DNA of 64,000 nt, from positions 2,368,001 through 2,432,000 of the forward strand of contig OY759974.1 of the NCBI GenBank assembly GCA_963662945.1, in the 5' to 3' direction. Position numbers and translations under genes: made by a program. Below are positions 22,316-32,382 of the stretch, in pieces. The notes below the pieces were generated by a model that saw only the letters and a program-made list of their open reading frames with translations, was not told the DNA's origin and did no database searches. Source of the stretch: Arcobacteraceae bacterium. GTDB lineage: Bacteria; Campylobacterota; Campylobacteria; Campylobacterales; Arcobacteraceae. How positions within the stretch are numbered: the stretch's first letter is position 1; each line of letters starts with the position of its first letter.

Positions 22316-22348
22316 AAAAAAAGGTTGTCAATTATGACAACCTTTTTT
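22316..22348 (-). terminator. Intrinsic terminator after sucD
   Basis: A7-GGTTGTCA-atta-TGACAACC-T6. Confidence 0.88.
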
Positions 22349-22367
22349 ATCCTATTTATAAGAAAAA

Positions 22368-23240
22368 CTATTTAGATAAAACTTCTTTTACAGCTTTACC
22401 AATCTCAGCTGGACTTACAACAACTTTAACACCAGCAGCTTCAAGAGCAGCCATTTTTTCAGCAGCTGTACCAGCACCGCCACTTACGATAGCACCAGCA
22501 TGACCCATTCTTTTGCCCTTAGGAGCAGTTTGACCAGCAATAAATGCTACAACTGGTTTAGTGATATTTTCTTTAATAAAAGCAGCAGCTTGTATCTCTA
22601 AATCTCCACCAATTTCTCCAATCATAACAATAGCTTCAGTCTCTGGATCTGCTTCAAACATAGGTAGTAATTGTTTATATGAAAGTCCAATAATCGGATC
22701 CCCTCCAATACCAACAGCAGTAGTAATACCAAATCCCTCTTTACATACTTGGTTTGCACCTTCATAAGTAAGTGTACCAGATTTAGAGATAAGTCCCACA
22801 TTTCCTTTTTTGAAAATTGCACCTGGCATAATACCAATTTTACACTCTTCAGCAGTAATAATTCCAGGACAGTTAGGTCCAATAGTCATCATACCATGTT
22901 TAACTGCATATGCTTTTGCAGCTTGCATATCTCTCACTGGAGCACCTTCTGTGATAATAACAGCAAGTTTGATTCCAGCATTAGCAGCTTCCATTACAGC
23001 ATCTGCAACAAATACAGGTGGTACAAATATCATAGATACAGTTGCACCTGTAGCTTCTACAGCACATCTTACAGTATTAAATACTGGTTTTCCTAAATGC
23101 TCTTGACCACCTTTATTTGGAGTAACACCACCAACAATATTTGTTCCATAAGCTATACATTGCTCTGCATGGAAAGTTCCCTCTTTCCCTGTGAAACCTT
23201 GAACGATTACTTTTGTATCTTTATTTACTAAAATTGACAT
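22368..23240 (-). CDS. sucD: Succinyl-CoA synthetase alpha subunit
   Basis: [33 protein letters not shown]. Confidence 0.98.
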   Translation of the reverse strand: MSILVNKDTKVIVQGFTGKEGTFHAEQCIAYGTNIVGGVTPNKGGQEHLGKPVFNTVRCAVEATGATVSMIFVPPVFVADAVMEAANAGIKLAVIITEGAPVRDMQAAKAYAVKHGMMTIGPNCPGIITAEECKIGIMPGAIFKKGNVGLISKSGTLTYEGANQVCKEGFGITTAVGIGGDPIIGLSYKQLLPMFEADPETEAIVMIGEIGGDLEIQAAAFIKENITKPVVAFIAGQTAPKGKRMGHAGAIVSGGAGTAAEKMAALEAAGVKVVVSPAEIGKAVKEVLSK

Positions 23241-23253
23241 TTACTATACTCCC

Positions 23254-24426
23254 TTATTGTGCTGCCGCAGCTTCAACTGCTTTTCTTGCACCATCACCTA
23301 AATCTGTTGCACTTATAACATTATCAATACCTGCATTTTTTAATATTTCTGCAGCTTCTGGTGCGTTTGTTCCATCAAGTCTTACAATAACAGGAACTCT
23401 TACATCTACCATTTTTGTAGCTTCTAATATACCATTTGCAATTCTATCACATCTTACAATTCCACCAAAAATATTAACAAAAATTGCTTTTACTTTTGGA
23501 TTCTTTAAAATTATTTCAAAACCTTTTGCAACTGTTTCTGCATTTGCTTTTCCCCCAACATCAAGGAAGTTTGCAGGTGTTCCACCCATATAGTTAATTG
23601 TATCCATTGTACCCATAGCAAGTCCAGCACCATTTACCATACATCCAATCTCACCATCTAATGAAATATATGATAAACCATATTGACTCGCTTCTCTTTC
23701 ATCTGGATCTTCTTCACTAATATCTCTCATATCTTCAATATCAGGATGTCTTCCTAAAGCTGAATCATCAAATCCCATTTTTCCATCAAGTGCTAAAAAG
23801 TCACCACTTCCTGTTTTTATAAGTGGATTTATTTCTATCATTTCTGCATCATTTTCCATATATACTTTATATAAAGCTGCTGCAAATTTTATAAATTTAG
23901 ATTGTTCATTTTTATCAGTGATACCAAGTCCAAATACTAATTCTCTACCGTGAAAACCTTGAAAACCTATAGCTGGGTCAATCGCAACTTTAACAATCTT
24001 TTCAGGAGTCTCTTCTGCTACTTTTTCAATCTCCATACCACCTTCAGTTGAAGCCATAATAATTGGCATTTCTTGTGCTCTATCTAAAACAACACCAAGA
24101 TAAAGTTCATCTCTAATATCAGCACCTTCTTCTATATATACTTTATGTACTTCTTTTCCCTCTGGTCCTGTTTGGTGAGTAATAAGCGTCATATGTAAAA
24201 TTTCACTTGCTAGTTGTTCAACTTCTTCAATAGAACGTGCTAGTTTTACTCCCCCTCCAAGTCCTCTTCCACCTGCGTGGATCTGAGCTTTTACAACCCA
24301 AAGATTTCCACCTAACTCATGTGCAGCGGCAACTGCTTGAGCTGGTGTATTTGCAACGATACCTCGAGGTGTTGGTACATTGTATTTAGCAAAAATTTGT
24401 TTCGCTTGATATTCGTGAATATTCAT
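23254..24426 (-). CDS. sucC: Succinyl-CoA synthetase beta subunit
   Basis: MNIHEYQAK, KAQIHAGGRG, NGAGLAM, NFLDVGG, NIFGGIVRCD. Confidence 0.98.
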   Translation of the reverse strand: MNIHEYQAKQIFAKYNVPTPRGIVANTPAQAVAAAHELGGNLWVVKAQIHAGGRGLGGGVKLARSIEEVEQLASEILHMTLITHQTGPEGKEVHKVYIEEGADIRDELYLGVVLDRAQEMPIIMASTEGGMEIEKVAEETPEKIVKVAIDPAIGFQGFHGRELVFGLGITDKNEQSKFIKFAAALYKVYMENDAEMIEINPLIKTGSGDFLALDGKMGFDDSALGRHPDIEDMRDISEEDPDEREASQYGLSYISLDGEIGCMVNGAGLAMGTMDTINYMGGTPANFLDVGGKANAETVAKGFEIILKNPKVKAIFVNIFGGIVRCDRIANGILEATKMVDVRVPVIVRLDGTNAPEAAEILKNAGIDNVISATDLGDGARKAVEAAAAQ

Positions 24427-24555
24427 CGTTTCTCCTATGTAAGATTTGAATTTAAAAAATTATAGCTAGTTAGTGATTTAACTATTTTTATATCTAAATT
24501 ATAAATGTATTTTTAGGTAAAATAAGTTACAAATTGTATCAAAATTGCAAAAAAA

Positions 24556-24861
24556 CTAGTTTTTTAACTTATAATATGTTTCGTTTAGATACTTTGTTAC
24601 CTTCTCTTGTTCTTCTGGAAACCATCCAATATGTAGAGAATTGTCACATGTACTTACCCATGATGCTAAGTTTTGAATATTTTGAACTTTTTCATTCATT
24701 TTATCAAAGTCACCATCTACAATATGACATTTTTTGCAATTTGCTTCATCAAATAGTTTCTTACCTTCTTTAGCTTCGTTACTCAAAGGTGAAGCATATA
24801 CAGTTATACTACAAGTAGTAATCAATAGAGACTTATAAATTATCTTAGTTACATTAATCAT
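24556..24861 (-). CDS. Small exported monoheme cytochrome c
   Basis: Signal peptide, EGKKLF, CKKCH, C-terminal helix YLNETYYK. Confidence 0.85.
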   Translation of the reverse strand: MINVTKIIYKSLLITTCSITVYASPLSNEAKEGKKLFDEANCKKCHIVDGDFDKMNEKVQNIQNLASWVSTCDNSLHIGWFPEEQEKVTKYLNETYYKLKN

Positions 24862-24952
24862 TTTAAATCCTTTCTATTAATATTAAAGTTTATAAGAAAT
24901 TACGTTAAATGATGATTAATTTTTAGAGATAGTTAGTTATTTTAGAGTGATT

Positions 24953-24983
24953 AATAAACCAATACCTAGTATATTGGTTTATT
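24953..24983 (-). terminator. Hairpin downstream of the fumarase beta gene
   Basis: AATAAACCAATA-cctagta-TATTGGTTTATT. Confidence 0.6.
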
Positions 24984-25007
24984 TTATTTCATAAAAGTAA
25001 GATTAAC

Positions 25008-25565
25008 TTACTTTACTTCATATTGTTCTCTACCCATTTGATATAGGTCAGCACCATATGTATCGTTAATAACTGTTACAGGAAAGTTTTCAACTGTAAG
25101 TTTTCTTACTGCTTCTGGACCTAATTCTGGGTAAGCAATAATTTCTGCTGATTTTATTTGTTTTCCTAGAAGTGCACCTGCACCACCAGTTGCACCAAAA
25201 TAAATCCCACCATACTCTTTACAAGCATCTTTTACTTCTTGGTTTCTTTTCCCTTTTCCTATCATACCTTTTGAACCATGTTTTAACATAGTTGGAGAGT
25301 AGCTATCCATTCTGTATGATGTTGTTGGTCCAGCACTTCCTATTGGATCACCTGGTTTTGGTGGAGTTGGTCCGACAAAATATATTACACTTCCCTCTAA
25401 ATCAAAAGGAAGTTCTTCACCAGCTTCTATTAAATCAACAAGTCTTTTATGTGCAGCATCACGTGCAGTATAAATAACTCCACTTAAATATACGATATCA
25501 CCAGCTCTTAACTCTCTTGTTTGTTCTTCTGTTAATGGTGTTGTTAAATTATATGTTTTTGACAT
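25008..25565 (-). CDS. Class I Fe-S fumarate hydratase, beta subunit
   Basis: TARDAAHKR, GPTTSYRM, IGKG. Confidence 0.92.
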   Translation of the reverse strand: MSKTYNLTTPLTEEQTRELRAGDIVYLSGVIYTARDAAHKRLVDLIEAGEELPFDLEGSVIYFVGPTPPKPGDPIGSAGPTTSYRMDSYSPTMLKHGSKGMIGKGKRNQEVKDACKEYGGIYFGATGGAGALLGKQIKSAEIIAYPELGPEAVRKLTVENFPVTVINDTYGADLYQMGREQYEVK

Positions 25566-25582
25566 TTTACTTCCTCTAAAAC

Positions 25583-26434
25583 TTATATAGTGATATGTGT
25601 ATGTCTTGAACTATGACATTGAACATTTACAGATACTGGTAAACTTGCAATATGGCAAGGGTTTGATTCTATATGAACTGCAAGTGCTGTTTTTGTTCCA
25701 CCCATTCCCATAGCTCCGATACCAAGATTGTTTATTTCAGTTAAAATTCTTTGCTCTAATTCATCCATTTCTGGGTCTTCATTTTTTGTCCCAAGTGTTC
25801 TAAAAAGTGCGTGTTTTGAACTAATAGCAGCTTTTTCAAATGTACCACCAATACCAACACCAACGGTAATAGGAGGACATGGATTTGGTCCAGCATTTGA
25901 AATAACTTCTTTAACATAAGCAACAATTCCATCTTTACCAGCAGCTGGTGGGAATACAGTGGCTCGTGATACATTTTCACTTCCACCACCTTTTGCAGCA
26001 TACTCAATATCTATTTTATCTCCAGCAACTATATCGAAATGTATAATTGCAGGTAAGTTATATCCAACTGTATCTTTTAGATTTGCTCTACTAAATGGTT
26101 CACAAGTTGAAGCTCTAAGATATGCATCTTGATAACCTTGTTCTGTACCTTTGTTGATTGCATCTTTTAAAAGACCACCATTGATTTTTACTTCATCACC
26201 AACTTTTACAAAAAACACAGCTAAACCTGTATCTTGACATAAAGGTCTTTTTTCATCTTTTGCTATATCCGCATTTTCTAAAATTTGTTTTAATACCTCT
26301 TTAGATACAGGTGATTTTTCCTCTTCCATAGCTTTTTTTAAGGCATCATACGCATCTTGTGGTAAATCTGTACCACAATGTACAATGATATCTCTAACAG
26401 CTTTAACCACATCGTCAAACTCTATTACTCTCAT
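25583..26434 (-). CDS. Class I Fe-S fumarate hydratase, alpha subunit
   Basis: CQDTG, KGGGSEN, CPP, HIASLPV, QCHSSRH. Confidence 0.92.
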   Translation of the reverse strand: MRVIEFDDVVKAVRDIIVHCGTDLPQDAYDALKKAMEEEKSPVSKEVLKQILENADIAKDEKRPLCQDTGLAVFFVKVGDEVKINGGLLKDAINKGTEQGYQDAYLRASTCEPFSRANLKDTVGYNLPAIIHFDIVAGDKIDIEYAAKGGGSENVSRATVFPPAAGKDGIVAYVKEVISNAGPNPCPPITVGVGIGGTFEKAAISSKHALFRTLGTKNEDPEMDELEQRILTEINNLGIGAMGMGGTKTALAVHIESNPCHIASLPVSVNVQCHSSRHTHITI

Positions 26435-26500
26435 GTAAACTCCATATTACTAAAATCTTTTATAAGTCTATCTTATCATCAAACTATTTAATAAATTCTA

Positions 26501-26535
26501 AAAAAAAGGATAAGCCCAAAAGCTTATCCTTTTTT
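26501..26535 (-). terminator. Intrinsic terminator after mdh
   Basis: A7-GGATAAGC-ccaaaa-GCTTATCC-T6. Confidence 0.88.
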
Positions 26536-26557
26536 GTGTAAATTTGATACTTTCTAT

Positions 26558-27499
26558 TTAGAAAAAATTATTTGTTGTTAATACTGCAATACCTTTTTTG
26601 ATTGTTGCAACAGATTGATCAAATTTATTTTGAAGTTCATCATCTAAATCTAGTTGAATGATTTTTTCTACACCATTTTTTCCAACAATAATTGGAACAC
26701 CCACAGATACATCTGTATGCCCATATTCTCCATTGAGTAAAACTGATGATGGAATGATAATTTTACTATCATTTAAAATAGCCTCAACTGTCACTGCAAC
26801 ACATCGTCCAGGTGCGTAATATGCACTAGTTCCAAGATGTTTTACAATCGCAGCTCCACCTGTTTTTGTTCTTGCAATAATTTGTTCCATATTCTCTTTA
26901 GAAATGATTTCTGTAATAGGTACACCACCAATAGAAGAAAGAGAAGGTACAGGTATCATATTTTCTCCATGATCACCTATAACCATAGCTCTTGTTTGTG
27001 CTCTTCCATATCCTAAATGATTGTTGATTTGATAAGCCATTCTTGAACTATCTAAAGCCCCAGCCATACCAATTATTCTATTACTTGCCCATCCTGTAAT
27101 TTTATGACAAACATAACTCATAACATCTAGAGGATTTGATACACAAATAATGATTGCGTTTGGTGAATAAATTTTAATGTTTTCTACTACCTCTTTTGTA
27201 ATTTTTGCATTTATTAGAAGTAAATCTTCTCTAGTCATTTCACCTGTTCTTGGAACACCTGCAGTTATAACTACTATATCACAATCTTTTATATCAGAAG
27301 GTTGAGTTGCTCCAATTACTTTTGTACCAGAAGGAGAATAAGATGTTGCTTGTTCTATATCGATAGCTTTTCCTATAGCAATATCTGTATTTATATCATA
27401 AAGAATTATTTCGTTGCAAGCGCCTGTCATACTTAAGCTAAATGCTGCTGTTGCACCAACCGCACCTGCACCAACAATTCCAACTTTTCTATTTGTCAT
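26558..27499 (-). CDS. mdh: Malate dehydrogenase (LDH-like)
   Basis: GAGAVG, TAGVPRTGEMTREDLL, SNPLD, LDSSR, GDHG; next to TCA genes. Confidence 0.9.
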   Translation of the reverse strand: MTNRKVGIVGAGAVGATAAFSLSMTGACNEIILYDINTDIAIGKAIDIEQATSYSPSGTKVIGATQPSDIKDCDIVVITAGVPRTGEMTREDLLLINAKITKEVVENIKIYSPNAIIICVSNPLDVMSYVCHKITGWASNRIIGMAGALDSSRMAYQINNHLGYGRAQTRAMVIGDHGENMIPVPSLSSIGGVPITEIISKENMEQIIARTKTGGAAIVKHLGTSAYYAPGRCVAVTVEAILNDSKIIIPSSVLLNGEYGHTDVSVGVPIIVGKNGVEKIIQLDLDDELQNKFDQSVATIKKGIAVLTTNNFF

Positions 27500-27717
27500 A
27501 TTGTATCCCTAAAGTTATTCATATTTTAATTATCTAAATTAGCATAATTAAGATTATAAAATTTACTTGATTAGTTTATTTTGTAGTTGAGTATTAAAAA
27601 GTGTAACCTTTTGACACTTTACTGAATAATCCACAATTCATAGTTTTCATTGTTACTTTGAATTATATTTATTGTATATAAACTCTTCTTAAAAGATATT
27701 TAATTATAATATAACCT

Positions 27718-27894
27718 ATGGATAAAAGAATTATATGTCAACGATGTAAATCCTACTATGTGACTTGGGAAAAAAATAAACCGCATGGTTGTCGTGCTTA
27801 TGGGTTTAAGTCACAAGCTTTACCGTCTATTGTTGTGAAACAAAGTAGTGGTGTAGAGTGTAGTTTTTACGAACCAAAAAATAAAAATTTATAA
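27718..27894 (+). CDS. 58-aa four-cysteine microprotein (not in ORF track)
   Basis: Hand translation MDKRIICQRCKSYYVTWEKNKPHGCRAYGFKSQALPSIVVKQSSGVECSFYEPKNKNL; TATAAT 7 nt before the ATG. Confidence 0.8.
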   Translation: MDKRIICQRCKSYYVTWEKNKPHGCRAYGFKSQALPSIVVKQSSGVECSFYEPKNKNL

Positions 27895-27955
27895 GTACTA
27901 TTATTAAAGAAAATGATTGTATCATAATTGAAGAAGAATATATTAGGAGAAAGAA

Positions 27956-28891
27956 TTGTTATATGAAGAGTTAAAAACAACTGTTAAAAATCTAGGTTTT
28001 TCTACAATTGAAAGTTTTGCTAACTATGTAGGTGTTACACCTAGTGATATATTAGACTGGGAACAAAAAGATGAGATACCTTATACAATAGCTCTTATAG
28101 TACATCTACTTCAAGGTGAACAAGAGGTTCCAGGAGAAAATAATTCCTTAGATCTTTTAGTTGAAGAGTGTTTGCCACTAGCAGCGTTACTTGAAGAATC
28201 ATCAAGTTTTCCTGCAAAGTTAGAAGAGATGTTTGTATTACAAAAAAAATTAAATGATGATACAAATGGAACAAATTGGGAATTAGGTATCAATAAATAT
28301 GATAAAGAGATTAATTGGTTAAGATGTATCCATATGGAAGTTGCAGAACTAATTGATTCTACACCTTGGAAGCATTGGAAAAATATCAGTGAGCAACCAG
28401 ACTTAAATAATCTTCATGTGGAACTTGTAGATGTATGGCATTTTTTAATGAGTTATATTTTACAAGAAACAAATATCCCAAAAGCTGTATCCTTAGTAAA
28501 TACACATTGTATCTATGAAGCAGTAGAAATACAAGATATTGATGTAAAACTTATAGTAAAAGAAGCTGAAAAACTTTCTTATATAGCATTTGCAATTGAA
28601 ACTGGAAATATGCCACAGTTTAGTGGAGTTGAAAGATTTATTGATCAGTTCTTTAGATGTTGTAAACTTTCAGGACTTAGTTTCTCTTGGCTACAAAAGC
28701 TTTATATAGGTAAAAACTCTTTAAATAAATTCAGACAAGACAATGGATATAAAGAGGGTACTTATATAAAAGTATGGAATGGACAAGAAGATAATGTAGT
28801 GATGATAGAGATATTAGAAGGATTGGAAAATGCTTCTTATAATACTGTATATAAAGAGCTACAAATAAAATATGATATGTTGGATTCTTAA
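27956..28891 (+). CDS. Dimeric (all-alpha) dUTPase with N-terminal HTH-like extension
   Basis: EVAELIDSTPWKHWK, VELVDVWHF, LYIGKNSLNKFRQDNGYKEGTYIKVWNGQEDN; TTG start after AGGAG. Confidence 0.88.
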   Translation: MLYEELKTTVKNLGFSTIESFANYVGVTPSDILDWEQKDEIPYTIALIVHLLQGEQEVPGENNSLDLLVEECLPLAALLEESSSFPAKLEEMFVLQKKLNDDTNGTNWELGINKYDKEINWLRCIHMEVAELIDSTPWKHWKNISEQPDLNNLHVELVDVWHFLMSYILQETNIPKAVSLVNTHCIYEAVEIQDIDVKLIVKEAEKLSYIAFAIETGNMPQFSGVERFIDQFFRCCKLSGLSFSWLQKLYIGKNSLNKFRQDNGYKEGTYIKVWNGQEDNVVMIEILEGLENASYNTVYKELQIKYDMLDS

Positions 28892-29313
28892 GAATTCGTA
28901 AAAAACTTATAACTTATTATTAGAAAAAGGTATCGACTAGCTTTTGCTATAACAACTAAAAAGATAAATTTTTTTAAGTTGTACCTTAACATACCAGCTA
29001 CAAATGTTATTGGGTCGCCAATTATTGGTACCCACGACAACAACAATGAATATCCCCCAAATCTATCAAAATAATTTTTTGCTTTAGTGATATGTTTTTC
29101 CTTCACGACTTTGTGATTAACTAAATACTTTTCACCCTTTAAACCTAGCCAATAATTTATCAATGAACCTAATGAGTTACCAAAAGTAGCAAAAAAGAAG
29201 AGTAAGTAAAGATTTAAGTTAATGGAAATATCATATAAAAGTAATGCTTCACTTCCCATGGGAAAAATTGTTGCAGATATTAATGAGATAAAAAATAGAT
29301 AGATGTAATTCAT
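28888..29313 (-). CDS. YqaA family (DedA/VTT) membrane protein
   Basis: SATIFPMGSE, GNSLGSLINYWLG, LLSWVPIIGDP. Confidence 0.9.
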   Translation of the reverse strand: MNYIYLFFISLISATIFPMGSEALLLYDISINLNLYLLFFFATFGNSLGSLINYWLGLKGEKYLVNHKVVKEKHITKAKNYFDRFGGYSLLLSWVPIIGDPITFVAGMLRYNLKKFIFLVVIAKASRYLFLIISYKFFTNS

Positions 29314-29384
29314 GTGGTATAATAACTAATTAATATTTAAGTAGTCTATAACTATAATTAATTTATACACACAAAGGTTTTTTT

Positions 29385-29858
29385 ATGAATAATATTATTT
29401 TTGCATTACTGTTTAGTATGACGTCTTTATTTGCTGTTGACATGGATAATGATTTAGTTCAGGATAATGTTGATAGTTGTCTTGATACACCAGCTGGTGT
29501 GTTTGTTGATATGCAAGGGTGTACTAAAGAGATAGAAAGAGTTGTTCATTTTGATCATAACTCTTATATGCTTGATATAGAGAATATGCAGTTATTGCAA
29601 GAATATACACAGTTAGCAAGTGAGGCTTTTGGATATGATATCGTATTAAAAGGGCATACAGACTCAACAGCTGATTATAAAACAAATCTAATCCTTTCAA
29701 AAAAGAGGGTGTATACAGTTATGAAGCATTTGGAAGAAGCAGGTATTGATACAAAAAGAATATCTGTTAAGTGGTATGGGGAAACTATGCCTATTGCTAC
29801 AAATGTAACACCAGAGGGTAGAGCAATCAACAGAAGAGTTGAAATAATCTTAAAATAA
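29385..29858 (+). CDS. OmpA-family peptidoglycan-binding protein
   Basis: Signal peptide; DxDxD...C-x-DTP...GC repeat; GHTDS, LSKKR, NRRVEI. Confidence 0.88.
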   Translation: MNNIIFALLFSMTSLFAVDMDNDLVQDNVDSCLDTPAGVFVDMQGCTKEIERVVHFDHNSYMLDIENMQLLQEYTQLASEAFGYDIVLKGHTDSTADYKTNLILSKKRVYTVMKHLEEAGIDTKRISVKWYGETMPIATNVTPEGRAINRRVEIILK

Positions 29859-30026
29859 AAAATTATAGAATAGTATATGTGCTTCAAATAGTAACATTAA
29901 AACATTATATGGAAAAATCTATATAACTATTAAAAACTATATTAAACATTATACGATATGATATCTTCAGTAATGTATGAGAATCATATATTCTATTTAA
30001 TTTAATTGAATAATGAAGGGGAAAAT

Positions 30027-30359
30027 ATGTCTTTAATGAAAGCACCTGAAAATACTCCAGTATGGGTTGATACAAGCCGATGTAAAGCATGTGATATATG
30101 TGTTTCAGTTTGTCCTGCCGGAGTGTTATCAATGAAAGCAGAACCGTCGTCTACTTTAGGAGCGATGATAGATATTGTTGCAATTGATAGTTGTATAGGT
30201 TGTAATGACTGTGAATTAAACTGTCCAGATTTCGCAATATATGTTGCAGATAAAAAAGCAGATAATATTAAATTTGCAAAATTAACAGATGAAGCAAAAG
30301 CAAGAGCTGCTGCAATTATAGAAAATAACTATAGATTACCTGAAAATTACGGGAAATAA
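30027..30359 (+). CDS. oorD: 2-oxoglutarate:ferredoxin oxidoreductase delta subunit
   Basis: Two CxxCxxCxxxCP motifs; start moved to ATG 30027, which follows a GAAGGGGA RBS. Confidence 0.92.
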   Translation: MSLMKAPENTPVWVDTSRCKACDICVSVCPAGVLSMKAEPSSTLGAMIDIVAIDSCIGCNDCELNCPDFAIYVADKKADNIKFAKLTDEAKARAAAIIENNYRLPENYGK

Positions 30360-30370
30360 GGAGAAAATTA

Positions 30371-31513
30371 ATGGCAACTAGAGAAATAATATCTACTGGT
30401 AATGACTTGGCTGCAATTGCAGCTGTTGATGCTGGTTGTGAATTTTTTGGAGGGTATCCAATTACTCCTTCAAGTGAGGTAATGCATACTATATCAGATC
30501 TTTTACCAAAAAATGGTGGAGCTGCAATTCAGATGGAAGATGAGATAGCAGGTGTTGCATGTGCTATTGGTGCTTCTATGAGTGGTGTAAGAGCTATGAC
30601 TGCAACTTCTGGACCAGGGATTTCACTAAAAGCTGAAAACTTAGGACTTGCTCAAATGGCAGAAGTACCTTTAGTAGTAGTAAATGTTATGAGAGGTGGA
30701 CCTTCAACTGGTTTACCAACAAGGGTATCTCAAGGGGATGTTGCACAAGCGAAAAATCCTTCTCATGGTGATTATAAATCTATCACATTATGTGCAGGTA
30801 GTTTAGCTGAGTGTTATACAGAAACAGTAAGAGCTTTTAATCTTGCAGATAGATTTATGCAACCAGTTTTTGTGTTACTAGATGAAACACTTGGACATAT
30901 GCATGGAAAAGCTATGATACCTACAAAAGAAGAGGTAAAAGCAGGAATTGTACCAAGAAAAAAATTCGAAGGCGCACCTGAAGATTATAGACCATACGGT
31001 GTTGCACAAGATGAGCCAGCTGTATTAAATCCAATGTTCCAGGGGTATAGATACCACTTTACAGGATTACACCATGATGCAAAAGGTTTTCCAACTGAAG
31101 AGATTACTACTTGTAGATTATTGATTGAAAGATTATTTAATAAAATTGAAGCTCATGAAGATGAATTAGAATCTTATGAAGAATATATGATGGATGATGC
31201 TGATTTTATGATCATAGCTTATGGTTCAGTATCACTAGCAGCAAAAGAAACAATTAGACACTTAAGAAAAGATGGTATTAAAGCTGGTTTATTTAGACCA
31301 ATCACTTTATGGCCAAGTCCAGCTAAAAAAATCAAAGAATGGACAAGTAAAATTCAAGATGTATTATGTGTTGAGTTAAATATTGGTCAATATAGAGATG
31401 AGATTCAAAGAGCTTCTGGAAGACTTGATATTGAAGGACTATTTAAAGTTAATGGTAGAGCGTTATCTCCATATGAAATAGTTGAAAAAGTGAAAGAGAT
31501 GAGAGGTAACTAA
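30371..31513 (+). CDS. oorA: 2-oxoglutarate:ferredoxin oxidoreductase alpha subunit
   Basis: GYPITPSSE, QMEDE, TSGPG, RGGPSTGLPT. Confidence 0.95.
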   Translation: MATREIISTGNDLAAIAAVDAGCEFFGGYPITPSSEVMHTISDLLPKNGGAAIQMEDEIAGVACAIGASMSGVRAMTATSGPGISLKAENLGLAQMAEVPLVVVNVMRGGPSTGLPTRVSQGDVAQAKNPSHGDYKSITLCAGSLAECYTETVRAFNLADRFMQPVFVLLDETLGHMHGKAMIPTKEEVKAGIVPRKKFEGAPEDYRPYGVAQDEPAVLNPMFQGYRYHFTGLHHDAKGFPTEEITTCRLLIERLFNKIEAHEDELESYEEYMMDDADFMIIAYGSVSLAAKETIRHLRKDGIKAGLFRPITLWPSPAKKIKEWTSKIQDVLCVELNIGQYRDEIQRASGRLDIEGLFKVNGRALSPYEIVEKVKEMRGN

Positions 31514-31515
31514 CA

Positions 31516-32373
31516 ATGGCATTTAATTATGATAAATACTTAAGATTAGAAAAAATGCCAACACTATGGTGTTGGGGATGTGGTGATGGTGTTATTTTAA
31601 AAGCCGTTATCAGAGCGATAGATAAATGTGGTTGGAAACAAGATGATGTATGTGTGGTTTCTGGTATTGGATGTTCTGGAAGATTTTCTTCTTATGTTGA
31701 TTTTAATACAGTACATACAACTCATGGTAGAACAGTAGCATTTGCAACAGGTATCAAACTAGCAAATCCAGATAAACATGTAATTTGTGTTGCTGGAGAT
31801 GGAGATGCACTAGCGATTGGTGGAAATCATACAATTCATGGTTGTAGAAGAAATATTGATATTAACTTTATAGTTATCAATAACTTTATCTATGGTCTTA
31901 CAAATTCACAAACAAGTCCTACAACACCACAAGGTATGTGGACTGTATCTCAAAAAGCTGGTAATATTGACCCAACTTTTGATGCTTGTAAGTTAGCTAT
32001 TGCTGCTGGTGCTTCATTTGTAGCAAGAGAAACTATGCTTGATCCTAAAAAACTAGAAAGAACTTTAGTTAAAGGTTTTGAACATAGAGGATTTAGTTTC
32101 TTTGATGTTATGTCTAACTGTCATATTAATCTTGGTAGAAAAAATAAAATGCAATCAGCTATGGAAAACTTAGACTGGATTGATTCTATTACAACTCCAT
32201 TAAGTAAATATGAACAATTATCTCCTGAAGAGCAATTAAATATGTTCCCAACAGGTGTTTTAAAACATGATACAAATGTAAGAGAATACTGTGATATGTA
32301 CGAAGATATTAAAGCTGTACAACAAGGTAAACGAAAAGTTATTACTCAAGATGACTTTGAGAAAAAAATATAA
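31516..32373 (+). CDS. oorB: 2-oxoglutarate:ferredoxin oxidoreductase beta subunit
   Basis: WCWGCGDG, SGIGCS, HGR, GDGD TPP motif. Confidence 0.95.
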   Translation: MAFNYDKYLRLEKMPTLWCWGCGDGVILKAVIRAIDKCGWKQDDVCVVSGIGCSGRFSSYVDFNTVHTTHGRTVAFATGIKLANPDKHVICVAGDGDALAIGGNHTIHGCRRNIDINFIVINNFIYGLTNSQTSPTTPQGMWTVSQKAGNIDPTFDACKLAIAAGASFVARETMLDPKKLERTLVKGFEHRGFSFFDVMSNCHINLGRKNKMQSAMENLDWIDSITTPLSKYEQLSPEEQLNMFPTGVLKHDTNVREYCDMYEDIKAVQQGKRKVITQDDFEKKI

Positions 32374-32382
32374 GGAGACACT

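Noticed and set aside
30006-30026. Track start for oorD at TTG 30006
   Set aside because: The RBS lies inside this stretch, favouring ATG 30027
29905-30132. 75-aa minus-strand ORF over the oorD promoter
   Set aside because: Overlaps oorD in antisense, has no motif and resembles translated AT-rich intergenic DNA
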